From positions 1-34,743 of IMG/VR virus record IMGVR_UViG_3300048851_000209: DNA of 34,743 bases; one strand, given 5' to 3'. Shown piece after piece: positions 8,872-18,374 of this stretch (position 1 is its first letter; the number at the start of each line of letters is the position of its first letter). A model generated the notes under the pieces. It made no database searches, was not told where the DNA came from, and worked only from the letters and a program-made list of their open reading frames with translations. Source of the stretch: a virus. Its lineage: Duplodnaviria; Caudoviricetes. The position numbers and the translations under genes were made by a program.

Positions 8872-11027
8872 TTAGCCTGGATTGAACGGAGGCACGTTCG
8901 CGCCGTAGGTAAGGTAAGGGCCGCCAGTACCGTCGCTGGTTAGGGTCTGGAGGCGCCACTCCACCGCGCCGCCGCCGCCACCTGGGCTTAGGGTATCGTC
9001 GAAGGCTACGCTCTGGCCGGGCCGGACATTCTTTCGATCTACAGCGGTCCAAGCTGCACTCAGAGATGGAACCCGCCGTTCGAGGCGAATGGAAGCCGCT
9101 CTAAACTCCGCAGCTGTGACCGTTATGCTGAGGACGGCATCTTGCAAGACAACCGTCGTCCCTCCTGTGAGGCCAGTCGGCTGGCCAGGAGCAGCATTGT
9201 TGATGTTGACTGTTCCAGTGAAGAGATCGGAGAAGTAGCTCCCCTCGTCGCCGCTGAAAGCGCGCACCCGGCCATTGACCTGCACGCCGGTATATATTCC
9301 GGCTTGATAGCCGAACGTTCCTGAGGCGCCCTCTGTCATTGACTGCCAAGGGTCAGGAAGCCCGCCAGTGTACGTTCTGAAGTTGGCTTCGATCACATCA
9401 ACGTCGCCGTCGGGATGAGGAAACACAAGGCGCACCTCCCCGGCTCCATCCGGGTATATGACTTGGGTCACTGCTGTAGGAGCGTCAGGAGTTTCAGGTT
9501 GGTCTCGAAGCCAAAGTCCGGGATAGGTTCGGGCGCGGCAGCTTCGTCCGTCGTAGGGTTCCATGCTGGAAGGGTCGGCCATACGGAGAACGGGATCTCC
9601 ACCATCCCCTGATCATCGTCGATCCGCGGCGCCTCCATCCGAACCGGAAGCACATCGCCTAGATCTGGCAGCTCGACCGATCCGTAAAGCAATCCCCAAG
9701 CCGCCAGCCCAACCATGTCGGCGTTCAAGACACCGGTATCGGCTCTCGCCTGCAGGAATTTGCGGCGGGCAATGCGCTGCGCTTGGCTTGCCGACGGGCA
9801 GAAGGTCAGATCGATGTCGAAATACTTCGCACCATAGCGAGCGATCTCATCCTCGACACTGGCCCAGGCAATTCCAGTCATGTCGATTTCGGCTGACTCG
9901 TAGTTTCGCTCCGGTGAGTAGTAGTTGACCCTGCATATGTTCGGTCGCTCAACCGCCTCCGGCCCGCTGCGCCACGTGATCTCGTAACCATCCTTTGGGG
10001 TGAATGCGATCTCGGAAGAATGCACATCGTCGACAAGCTGAAACCAGATTTTGCCGGCATCTGTGATCCGCAATTCGCAGCCAGCAGAATCCATCAGTTG
10101 CTGCATCACGTCGGAGCGAGCCGTCTCCCAACCCCAAATGCCCCATGCGCGAGATCGCTTCTCAGTGCCGGTTTTGGTGGCAATAAGCTGATCAGCCTTG
10201 GTTGCTTGCGCTGCGATCAGTGTCCAGTCGAACATGCCAGAGGCGAACGCCGGGTCTCGTCTCAGCACATGGGCGCAGGCGAGAATGCCGTTATCGTTCC
10301 ACTTCCATGTCGAACGGTTGGTGGCCGTCTGATCAGGGTCTCTCGGATCGTAGATCTTGGACGCCCGAACGACCTGCTCCGTATCCGGAACGCCGCCCTG
10401 GTAGAGTGTGAAATACTTCGTTTCCTTCAGGCCGGGGTTGTACCAAAGGATCAGAGACTGAGCGATGCCTCGCACGCGATGATCTGCCGTCCATAGCGAT
10501 GGGAATAGCGACATGAGGCTGGCCCATGCGGTCTCGCTGCCGGTCCCTACCTTGTCCTTCCAATTCGCCCATGATCCACCGGCACGAGCCCACGGGGGCG
10601 AGCTGACATTGCCATTGTCCTCGACCGTGACTTCCCTGCCGCCGATGAAGTATTCCTCAACCGCGTCGATCGGTCCCTGCAAACGGCACACCAGCCGCGC
10701 GCGGGTCGAGCCATCGGAGTTCCCGAAAGCCTTCAGACCGCCAACTCGCACGCGGCCGATGCCCTCCATGACCTGCGCTTCTTCTGACTCGAAAGTGTTC
10801 TTCGCGTCAGACGCTTTGATGCTCGGCGCCTTCTGGCCTCCAAGAAGAGACGCGCCGACCGCAAGTGCCGGAATAGCAATGAGCGAGATCGCGTTGGCAA
10901 TCGCGCCTGGAATGCCAATGGTGTAGAGCGCGGAGAAAATAGCGAAACTCACCGGCTCCGCATGCGCGGGCATCGTCGCAGCAGCGTAAGCCGCCGACGA
11001 GAGCATGACGTGTCGGAAAAACTTCAC
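8872..11027 (-). pseudogene. Central tail tip / host-specificity protein, split by a 1-nt frameshift at ~9495
   Basis: ORF from GTG 11027 runs to ...PDFGFETNL; the -1 frame continues ETPDAPTAVTQ... to the stop at 8872; joined product ~718 aa. Confidence 0.75.
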
Positions 11028-11443
11028 TGGATAGCCCACACCTTGACGATGGTTCTCGGGCGCGGCCGGATGAGGCGCACGCCGGCAGGTTCAGCCCGCC
11101 AGGCAAAGATGCCGTGATTTAAGAAGATGCCACCGATCTGACCGGCGAGATGAGTATCGATGATACCGACGTCTCCCGGCTGAGGCTCGCGCAACTGTTC
11201 TGGCAGGCCATACGCATCGAGAGCGCCAGACCATAGGGCTTCAAGCGAACCCGCCTTTTCAATACGATCCACAGCCTCGTCGCGGCTGCTCCATTTCGGC
11301 AGGCGTATCCGGCGCCCTGTGACGCTTTCCACCCATGCGCGCGCCCAAGCGGTGCAGTCACTGTCACCCCACACCATCGGCTGCTCGAAAGCTTCCTCAG
11401 CATAGGCGTTGGCACGTGCGACCATTTCTTCGGCCGCAATCAT
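11024..11443 (-). CDS. Tail-tip assembly protein, NlpC/P60-like (DUF6950-like)
   Basis: WGDSDCTAWARAWVESVTG and PQPGDVGII motifs; lambda gpK-equivalent position. Confidence 0.75.
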   Translation of the reverse strand: MIAAEEMVARANAYAEEAFEQPMVWGDSDCTAWARAWVESVTGRRIRLPKWSSRDEAVDRIEKAGSLEALWSGALDAYGLPEQLREPQPGDVGIIDTHLAGQIGGIFLNHGIFAWRAEPAGVRLIRPRPRTIVKVWAIQ

Positions 11444-12021
11444 GCTTTGATCAGCTCCTGCACTTTCACGCCCACGAAATCCAAACCCTTGTCACCGGGA
11501 TATCGGCGGCGCTGATCCGCAGGGTTCCACTTGCCACCGAATGGATAGCTTTGGCTCTGCCACGGCCCTTCGATCGAGAATGAAACGGTGCGAACACCAG
11601 AGCCAGCCCAACGGATGACGGGCGACGACAGCTTGCCGGGCCAGAGCTTTTTCATCCCGCCCGACCACGGCTCGGCTGTCTCTTGATCGAAGGCACACCA
11701 ATAGATATTGGCGCTGCGGCCCTCCAGCTCTCTCGCGGTATCTTTCACCGAACGCAGGAACGCGATGTTCACACCGGAGATGACGATATCCAGCTTTGCC
11801 GCCACCCCGAAGCGAGGCTCCTCTACCGCGCCGATTGAGACGAGCTGCTGCCCGCCTGGGTCAGTGATGCCGCGCCATTCATGTCCGCCGACAGTGACAC
11901 GCCCTGCACCGCTGTGCAGGTAGGCAAGCCCGGACGGCAGGTCCAGTTCAGCGAACCAGACACGCGAGATGTGCGGCCGGCGCAGGAAGGCGCGGTCCGT
12001 TTGGGAAAATAGCGATGCCAT
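11440..12021 (-). CDS. Minor tail protein
   Basis: Tail-tip position; C-terminal WNPADQRRRYPGDKGLDFV motif typical of alphaproteobacterial siphophage minor tail proteins. Confidence 0.75.
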   Translation of the reverse strand: MASLFSQTDRAFLRRPHISRVWFAELDLPSGLAYLHSGAGRVTVGGHEWRGITDPGGQQLVSIGAVEEPRFGVAAKLDIVISGVNIAFLRSVKDTARELEGRSANIYWCAFDQETAEPWSGGMKKLWPGKLSSPVIRWAGSGVRTVSFSIEGPWQSQSYPFGGKWNPADQRRRYPGDKGLDFVGVKVQELIKA

Positions 12022-12033
12022 GTTGATCCACGA

Positions 12034-12255
12034 TTAAGTGTTAGCGGCAATCCACGCCGCAAGTTCTTGCCGGTGAAGCTGCACGAGAGCAGCGACATCC
12101 TCCTGAATGCCTAGCTTCTCATCTTCGGAGATAGCGTCGTCGCCTCGTTCCGGGTTGGGGAAGAGGGCTGCGTTCAATTCAGAAGCGTGGACAGCCGCGA
12201 GATCCCGGCGCTTCATGGCGACGACTTCCTCAGTGGTTCGGGCCATCTCGCTCAA
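12034..12255 (-). CDS. Hypothetical protein in the tail operon
   Basis: 73-aa ORF filling the gap between tail genes; overlaps the upstream stop. Confidence 0.6.
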   Translation of the reverse strand: MSEMARTTEEVVAMKRRDLAAVHASELNAALFPNPERGDDAISEDEKLGIQEDVAALVQLHRQELAAWIAANT

Positions 12256-12974
12256 TCCCCGAAGTAGTCGCGCACGTCGTAGTCGAACACCTCAAAGAGC
12301 GAGATTGTCAGGTTTTCGACGAATGAGGGACCACGCTCAGCATCCGGCAGGTTGTCAGCCTTGAGACGCATGGCCATGACGGGATAGAGGGTTGCATAGT
12401 CGCCAGTCTCAAGTGGCGCACGCAGCGGCGGCCAAATGCGGTATTGTCCGTCATCCAAAACCTCCGTCACCTCATAGTGTCCGAAGTGGAATGGGAAGAA
12501 CCCAATCCAGTCGCCCATGCCGAGATCATGACCCCAAAACAAGTCCCCGAGGCTAACGATAGAGGCGCCGCGCGCCGCTGCAACCATGACAGGGACGTTC
12601 GGCTTGGTCAGCTTCCAGTTCTGGCCGTTGATCCACGGCATGCCATTCGACCATGGAATTCCAGCCTGCCGCTGTTGCTGCGTGGCATTCACCCCTGCCT
12701 CATCGAATGGAAGCCCGTCCCAGTCACAGAGCGACACACGAACGGCATTGGCGCCCTTGTGCATTGCCGTCACTAATCCACGAGCCCGCCGCGCCACCTT
12801 GCCTCGCATGGGCGGGAACGAGAGCTGGACATGACGAGCACCGAATGGTGTTGCCATGGTTTGCGTGAAATCTCCGATGGTCGTATCGGCTGACGCACCG
12901 ACAGACTCCGGGCCGGATAGCCACTTCCATCGGTTCCAGCGCAGGCCATTGGGCCAAGATAGCAGTCTTGCCAT
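12252..12974 (-). CDS. Distal tail protein (putative)
   Basis: Immediately after the tape measure gene; 240 aa. Confidence 0.7.
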   Translation of the reverse strand: MARLLSWPNGLRWNRWKWLSGPESVGASADTTIGDFTQTMATPFGARHVQLSFPPMRGKVARRARGLVTAMHKGANAVRVSLCDWDGLPFDEAGVNATQQQRQAGIPWSNGMPWINGQNWKLTKPNVPVMVAAARGASIVSLGDLFWGHDLGMGDWIGFFPFHFGHYEVTEVLDDGQYRIWPPLRAPLETGDYATLYPVMAMRLKADNLPDAERGPSFVENLTISLFEVFDYDVRDYFGD

Positions 12975-15439
12975 TAGGCCCTCGTTCTCCGCTTATCCTG
13001 CTGCTTCAATCTTCCTGAGACACGCTTGCTTTCTGTCCGGTCCCGTTCCTGAAGGCCACGCTCCAGACGAGCTACAGCCGCTTGGTCGGCACCTCGTGCG
13101 TCAATGTTATAGGTGGGGGCGAAAGACGACCCGCCACCTATCTTCGCGCCTTCCGGAATGACGATCTCACCCCGTTTAAGGATCGCAGGCACTTCGCCTG
13201 GAAACAGAGCTGGGCCACCTGCCGAATTGGTCCCGGTATGATACCGCTTCGCGACATTGAAGGTGCCAGGGGATACCGAGCGGCTGTGGCCGTAGCCGTC
13301 GCTACCGGCGACGCCGCCAGAGTGGAGGATGCCAGGAATGATCGCGCCACCGAGCAGGCCGCCGCCAAAAAGCCCGCCGCCTCCCTTGGTCCCTATGCCA
13401 AAGAAGCTATCGAGTGCCATATCCAACAGCTTGTCGGCTACCTTGTCGAGGGCATTCGCGAGCGCATCAGCCGCAGACTTCCCAGCACGAAGATCGTCGA
13501 TGAACCCGCCCGCAAGACCACGGCCAAACTGTCTGAACTCGCTGTTTGTCTCGGCTACGCGTTGCTGCGAATCCCGTAGCTGATCGCTAGCCGCGGATGC
13601 GCGAGCGTAGTTTTCAGCCAAGGTTTCGATGCTTGCTGCTATTTCAGGAGTGACCGTCACCCCAGCCTTTTGTGCCTCCGACAAAAGCTGCTGCTGGATC
13701 CTGGCCTTCTCGACTGAGTAGCCGTAGTCGTCGATCAGCGGGTTTAGCTTTGCCTGCGCCGCATATTCCGCGTTCAGCACGTCAATGCGCTTCTGAACCT
13801 GAGTGACATCGCCCTTGAAGACATCCGCCGGGCTCTGCTTGTTCCCCAACCCCGCTTCCGACATCGAAACGCCTGTCCCTGACAGGTAGGACTCTGCCTC
13901 CTGCTTTCTCCGCTTTGGGTTGGAGGTCAGGGCGGCAATTGCGGTTGCGACCTTCTCTGGACCGCCACCGCCTTGGATGGCCTTCACGATGCTGTCGGGC
14001 AGAGAGCCATAATTGTAAGCGATAGATGTGAGGGCTGCTTGCTGCGCCTCGGATAGGCTCTTCCAGGTATCGATGCCGATCGCTTTCTGGATGCCGTCCT
14101 GGAACTCCGCTATGCGCCGGGACAGGTCGCGCTCCGCATCTTCCAGCGTTACCACCGTATCCTTGGTCACGCGCTCAATCGAGCCGTCTGCCCTGGTGGT
14201 CGTATCGCTACCGAAGCCGGTGCGATAAGCGTTAACATCCCAATAAGCCTTGGGTGAGAAGCCTTCGAAATTGCGAAGCAGGCTAGATGCCGCGCCTTGT
14301 GATTTTCCGACAGCCTCCAAGTTCTTGTTGAATGTGTCGGCAAAGCCAGAAGCCGCCTGCATGGCCGGCCCCAGATAGTTGGTCACGGCGCCAGCAATCT
14401 GCTTGATGGCGCCAGCCCCTCCGGTGCCAAGCCCGAGAAGCTGGCTTGTGAGGGCGGCCGCCATATTCTTCCCCTGCTCCAGGGAAAGTGTGACCGTGTT
14501 CATGTTGCTGTCGATGTTCTTCAGCTGCTTCGCGGTTTTCTCGGATGCCGCCTGCAGCCCCTCAAGCGCATCAATCGCCGCGCGAACCGATTTCGACCCC
14601 GTCGCCTCAAAAACCTTGTTCAGCTCAGCAATGACGCGCTGAAAGTCATCGGCCGTCTGCGAATTAGAGTTGATCTTCGAGGCAAGGGCACCAAACTCCC
14701 GGTTTGCGTCCGGGATCAGCGCAATCGTGTTTGTGATCTCATCGGTGACGCCCTCGAACACCTGGGCGAAGTTACTCTCGACATTGAGGCGAGTTGCCTT
14801 CAGCGCCTCCATACGATCGGCAGCATTGGCAGCCCGCTCAAGCTGATCTGCATATTCGCGAAGAGCCGGGACAGCCGCGCCATACTCATCAGCCACTTTC
14901 TGGACGAGTGCTGCCTGCTTCTCGATCTCGGCGCTTGTGGCCTTGCCGCTCGACAGCCATTCGGAAAAATACTGCACCGAATAGCCGATCAAGGCGATAG
15001 CAGCGAGGCCAACCGCGTTGATTGGGCTGAGGATGGAGGCAGCAGCGCCTCCAATAGCTGTAAGCGTACCACGGACGCCCATAGCGCCGAGATTCATTTG
15101 CGAAAGCTGCTGGATGGCGATCAGAAAAGGCGACTGTCCGCCCGCCAAGCTGACGCCGATGTCTTGCAACTGATAGGCCATGTTAGATGTCTGAGCCCCA
15201 GATGCCTTGACTGCGGCCGAAAACCTCTTGGAAGCCTGCTCACCAGTTGTGAACGCCCTGTTGCTGTTGGCTGCAACACCTGCAAATGCACCCGAGGCGG
15301 TCTTGTCGATACCGCTAAAGGCGTTCTCGATTGCCTTGGTGTCGCGCTGCGTTTGCCCGACCAGGCTTTTCATCTGCCGCTGGATCTGGCGCACGTCGGC
15401 GCTGATGCTCAGCACCAGTTGTTCATTGTCAGTCGCCAT
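12974..15439 (-). CDS. Tail tape measure protein with an embedded lysozyme-like domain
   Basis: NMAYQLQDIGVSLAGGQSPFLIAIQQ (lambda-type TMP N-terminus); long Ala-rich helices; internal LLRNFEGFSPKAYWD...TGFG...AALTSIAYNYG...RRKQEA; C-terminal YHTG...GEVPAILKRGEIV. Confidence 0.92.
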   Translation of the reverse strand: MATDNEQLVLSISADVRQIQRQMKSLVGQTQRDTKAIENAFSGIDKTASGAFAGVAANSNRAFTTGEQASKRFSAAVKASGAQTSNMAYQLQDIGVSLAGGQSPFLIAIQQLSQMNLGAMGVRGTLTAIGGAAASILSPINAVGLAAIALIGYSVQYFSEWLSSGKATSAEIEKQAALVQKVADEYGAAVPALREYADQLERAANAADRMEALKATRLNVESNFAQVFEGVTDEITNTIALIPDANREFGALASKINSNSQTADDFQRVIAELNKVFEATGSKSVRAAIDALEGLQAASEKTAKQLKNIDSNMNTVTLSLEQGKNMAAALTSQLLGLGTGGAGAIKQIAGAVTNYLGPAMQAASGFADTFNKNLEAVGKSQGAASSLLRNFEGFSPKAYWDVNAYRTGFGSDTTTRADGSIERVTKDTVVTLEDAERDLSRRIAEFQDGIQKAIGIDTWKSLSEAQQAALTSIAYNYGSLPDSIVKAIQGGGGPEKVATAIAALTSNPKRRKQEAESYLSGTGVSMSEAGLGNKQSPADVFKGDVTQVQKRIDVLNAEYAAQAKLNPLIDDYGYSVEKARIQQQLLSEAQKAGVTVTPEIAASIETLAENYARASAASDQLRDSQQRVAETNSEFRQFGRGLAGGFIDDLRAGKSAADALANALDKVADKLLDMALDSFFGIGTKGGGGLFGGGLLGGAIIPGILHSGGVAGSDGYGHSRSVSPGTFNVAKRYHTGTNSAGGPALFPGEVPAILKRGEIVIPEGAKIGGGSSFAPTYNIDARGADQAAVARLERGLQERDRTESKRVSGRLKQQDKRRTRA

Positions 15440-15683
15440 TGGATTTCTCGTCCAGCCAGTTCCAGAGATCGTCCTTCTCGGACTCGCTCAGTTTCTTGTC
15501 GCCTTCTGGATCGTTCGCTTGCGAGAAGCCATCCAGAGCGGCCATAAACTCAAACACGGAACACGCCAGCGTTTCCGCCGGCGACATTCCCATCGCTATC
15601 CCGTTTCCGATGATGGCGGCAAACCGGAGCTTTCCGTTGGGGAGAGGAATGTCTCCTCCTGATTTGCCGCCTCTGATTTTTTT
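15429..15683 (-). CDS. -1 frameshift extension of the tail assembly chaperone (gpGT equivalent)
   Basis: Slippery A-AAA-AAA at 15677-15683 (GGA AAA AAA); the -1 frame is open to 15429 and overlaps the TMP start. Confidence 0.8.
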   Translation of the reverse strand, partial: KKIRGGKSGGDIPLPNGKLRFAAIIGNGIAMGMSPAETLACSVFEFMAALDGFSQANDPEGDKKLSESEKDDLWNWLDEKSNGD

Positions 15684-16006
15684 CCGACGTCTTCCTCCGG
15701 AGCGCCAACAAGACCAGCGCCCAGGATCGTCTGAGCGATGATGAGGTTTTCGATCGGGCGGCGACCTTCCACCTCGCTCTCGACCAGCTTCAGGGCATCT
15801 GCCTGCGGCATTCCCCCGCCGATCAGCCCCCACTTGATGACCTCGGAAATATCCTGAAGCCGCCACCTGCCGGATAGGAGCCGATCAAGAACCACATAGG
15901 GGCCGGCATCGCAGGCCTCCTGGATTTTCATCAGCTCGCGCCAAGCCAGCTTGAACAGCGTCCGCCGGCCGTCGAAGGCGATCTCGCAAGAGCCGTCTCT
16001 GCTCAT
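15596..16006 (-). CDS. Tail assembly chaperone (GTA-gp10-like; lambda gpG equivalent)
   Basis: Between the major tail and tape measure genes; FKLAWRELMKIQEACDAGP...VIKWGLIGGG. Confidence 0.85.
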   Translation of the reverse strand: MSRDGSCEIAFDGRRTLFKLAWRELMKIQEACDAGPYVVLDRLLSGRWRLQDISEVIKWGLIGGGMPQADALKLVESEVEGRRPIENLIIAQTILGAGLVGAPEEDVGKKSEAANQEETFLSPTESSGLPPSSETG

Positions 16007-16455
16007 TACGGGGTGACCGGAGTGACAACGCGAACCATTTCGCCATCGCTCTGCATCGAGACGTTAAGCGTGGCACGCCCTGCATTCGCAGCGCCAGCCT
16101 CGACACTTTCGAGGTGCATGGCGCCAGTCCAGGTGATGGTCTTGGCCGGGAACTCCCATTCCACCTTCACCGGGACGCTCTCGATGCTCTCGAATGCATC
16201 CAGCCAGGTCTCGACGCTTTCCGACGCCAGGACGCCTTCGCCGCTGATCGACATGGAAAGGCTGGTAGCGTCGCGGCCAAGCCAGTCGATCTTGTCAGGA
16301 TCATCACAGTCTGGAATGTTGACCTCTTCCAGAGCCTTGTTGAGGGTGATCGATCGCTGCGTGAAACCGCAAGGGGCGGTGTAGACGATCGGAGAGGCAT
16401 CGTTGCCGAGAAGGACGCGGAACTTCCCGCCCTTGATGGTAGTCGCCTTAGCCAT
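16006..16455 (-). CDS. Major tail (tube) protein
   Basis: AGGAG RBS then MAKATTIKGGKFRVLLG...APCGFTQRS...IPDCDDPD...SMSISGEG...MQSDG. Confidence 0.9.
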   Translation of the reverse strand: MAKATTIKGGKFRVLLGNDASPIVYTAPCGFTQRSITLNKALEEVNIPDCDDPDKIDWLGRDATSLSMSISGEGVLASESVETWLDAFESIESVPVKVEWEFPAKTITWTGAMHLESVEAGAANAGRATLNVSMQSDGEMVRVVTPVTP

Positions 16456-16478
16456 GGGGATCTCCTGTAATGGCGGGG

Positions 16479-16928
16479 TTATTTCGTTTTGACGGATCGT
16501 ACCGCCTTGCGAACAGCAGCTGCCATCGATCGGCGGATGCGTGCCTTGTTTGCCCGATAGGTCGGGAAGATGTGGGGAATGGCGGGACCTTCGCCGCGGT
16601 TCGCACCAGCCTTGGTCTTTCGAACTTGGGTTCCGTATTCCAACCATCGCCAAATGTGATCAGCGAAAACGCCAGTGGCATTCGGGTCTTTGGTTTCGTT
16701 CTTTAGGCCCTTGCCTAGTGCCTTCTGGCCGGGACGGTTCGAAAGCTTGTCGGCCTTGATGGAAGCCCTGTACTGCCCGTCCCCCGGCGCCCTTTGTTTG
16801 ATGCGCTCCGCAAGGTCTTGCGCGCCTTTTAGCTGAGCCTCAGCGAGTTGTTTTTCAGCCTCGGGAACGATCTGGTTCAGCAGCCGCATCGTGGTCTCGC
16901 GGCCGAGGATCTTAGCTCTGACCTTCAT
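16479..16928 (-). CDS. HK97 gp10-like tail completion protein
   Basis: RWLEYGT motif and PAIPHIFPTY; position in the head-tail cluster. Confidence 0.85.
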   Translation of the reverse strand: MKVRAKILGRETTMRLLNQIVPEAEKQLAEAQLKGAQDLAERIKQRAPGDGQYRASIKADKLSNRPGQKALGKGLKNETKDPNATGVFADHIWRWLEYGTQVRKTKAGANRGEGPAIPHIFPTYRANKARIRRSMAAAVRKAVRSVKTK

Positions 16929-17097
16929 CTGCCGTCTCTGCGGATAGGCCTTGCTCCAGGGAAGTTGCCTTGCCGGCTGCGATAGCCTTGTCGGCGCAGT
17001 CCCGTTTTACCGTCTTCTCCATGCCGGCTTTGTAGCCTACGGTGCATTGGGCAGTCGGCTTGTAGTCGTAGTCATGCGTGAAGCGGACGCGGGCCAT
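16912..17097 (-). CDS. Small hypothetical phage protein
   Basis: 61-aa ORF with RBS in the structural operon. Confidence 0.65.
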   Translation of the reverse strand: MARVRFTHDYDYKPTAQCTVGYKAGMEKTVKRDCADKAIAAGKATSLEQGLSAETADEGQS

Positions 17098-17101
17098 TCC
17101 C

Positions 17102-17503
17102 TTATTCCTCTATGGTAGCTGTGACCTCGACAACGCCATGCGTGGTCAGGCCATCAGGATCATCGAACACGCGGATCTGTCTGACCCGCATCTGGACGAG
17201 AGCGCCGGCGGTCAGTTCACCCTCTTCCTCGTGCAAAGCGGCCTTCACCGCATCCGCCAGCTGCTTGCACGGCCATTTCCGGCCTTGGTCACGGCTCCAG
17301 CAGTCGAGTTGAACCGTCTCCTCCCGGCCTTCGATGCAGTCGGCATCGTCCGGGGTGAAGTCCATCGGACCGAAGCTGATGTATGGAAATTCGGTGTCTT
17401 CGTCTGGCCCATCGACGATGCGATCAGCCACGATGGCCGTTACGCCGGCATCTGCTTGGAGCTTTGCGAAGATGAGATCCTGAAGGGAGACGGAAACGCT
17501 CAT
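17102..17503 (-). CDS. Tail terminator protein (DUF3168-like)
   Basis: LQDLIFAKL...FPYISFGP...QLDCWS...DPDGLTTHGVV. Confidence 0.85.
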   Translation of the reverse strand: MSVSVSLQDLIFAKLQADAGVTAIVADRIVDGPDEDTEFPYISFGPMDFTPDDADCIEGREETVQLDCWSRDQGRKWPCKQLADAVKAALHEEEGELTAGALVQMRVRQIRVFDDPDGLTTHGVVEVTATIEE

Positions 17504-17840
17504 GTGGCAACGCCGCCTTCGACCGTGAATTCCAGATACTGATGGTTGCCGGTTGGACGGGGCCGCTGCGAATGTTGTAGATCAGCCCGCTACGAGCATC
17601 CCGCATCCGCCAGGACGTGCCGAGCGCCCTTGTGTGGGAATTGTCGTGCACCGTGACCACGATCGGCTGCCGGCCCGCTAGTCGCGCCGCCTGGACCGTT
17701 TCACCGCCGCGTAGGAACATGAATGCTGCATCAGCCGTCACCGGGTTGCCCCAGCCGTTGACCGTGCCGCCATGCCCGTCGGAAACCTTCGTCGGCTTCT
17801 CGAAGACGACAAGATAGTCCATCTTGCCGACGTCCATCAT
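17500..17840 (-). pseudogene. Head closure / head-tail adaptor protein, frameshifted at ~17555
   Basis: DGHGG...W...FLRGGETVQAARLAGRQPIVVTV...WRMRD...YNIRSGPV; adding one C gives PTGNHQYLEFTVEGGVAT-stop with an ATGA overlap onto the next gene. Confidence 0.8.
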
Positions 17841-18358
17841 GCGAACACGAAGCTCCGGTGCTGAGCGATCATCGAGCGGACGCCCAGCGGCACGCTGTGA
17901 GCCGGGTCGGTCGTCAGGTCAGCTCTCTGCAGGTAGAAGCTGGCCGTCAGCATCAGCGCCGCCTGGACGAGCTTCGGGGGAATATTGCCTGTACCCAAGC
18001 CCGCTTTGAAAACCACGGAAACCGTCGAAACCTCGGGCTTGTCTTCGACATAGAGCTCCCCGTCCCTGATCCCCCACTCCGTCACATTGCCGGCCACTCC
18101 GAGCGGATCGGTATAGGTGATCTCCGAGATGACCGGGTTCGGGTAGCCTGCGAAATCCAGTTCGAAGCTGTTGCCGGTCGCCGTGAATGGAGTTTCGAGG
18201 AATACCGTCTGGCATGCCTCTTCCACCCAATCCACGGCGGACGCGATGTAGTGCTGGATCACCGTGTCATCGTCGGAATGACGGACACGACAATGCTGTT
18301 TGGCGAGGGCAAGAGGGAGGACTTCCCCAATCGGTTCGCCGGACTGAATGATCTTCAT
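17837..18358 (-). CDS. Head-tail connector (gp6-like)
   Basis: LALAKQHCRVRHSDDDTVIQHYIASA...IPPKLVQAALMLTASFYLQR. Confidence 0.9.
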   Translation of the reverse strand: MKIIQSGEPIGEVLPLALAKQHCRVRHSDDDTVIQHYIASAVDWVEEACQTVFLETPFTATGNSFELDFAGYPNPVISEITYTDPLGVAGNVTEWGIRDGELYVEDKPEVSTVSVVFKAGLGTGNIPPKLVQAALMLTASFYLQRADLTTDPAHSVPLGVRSMIAQHRSFVFA

Positions 18359-18374
18359 CTTGCCCTCGTCAGGA

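Noticed and set aside
16456-16653. N-terminal extensions given by the ORF track for the major tail protein (likewise capsid, protease and rep)
   Set aside because: They overlap upstream genes; downstream starts have RBSs or stop/start coupling and typical N-termini
9490-17560. Programmed recoding at the 9495 and 17555 frameshifts
   Set aside because: No slippery heptamer at either site, and I know of no recoding in these gene classes
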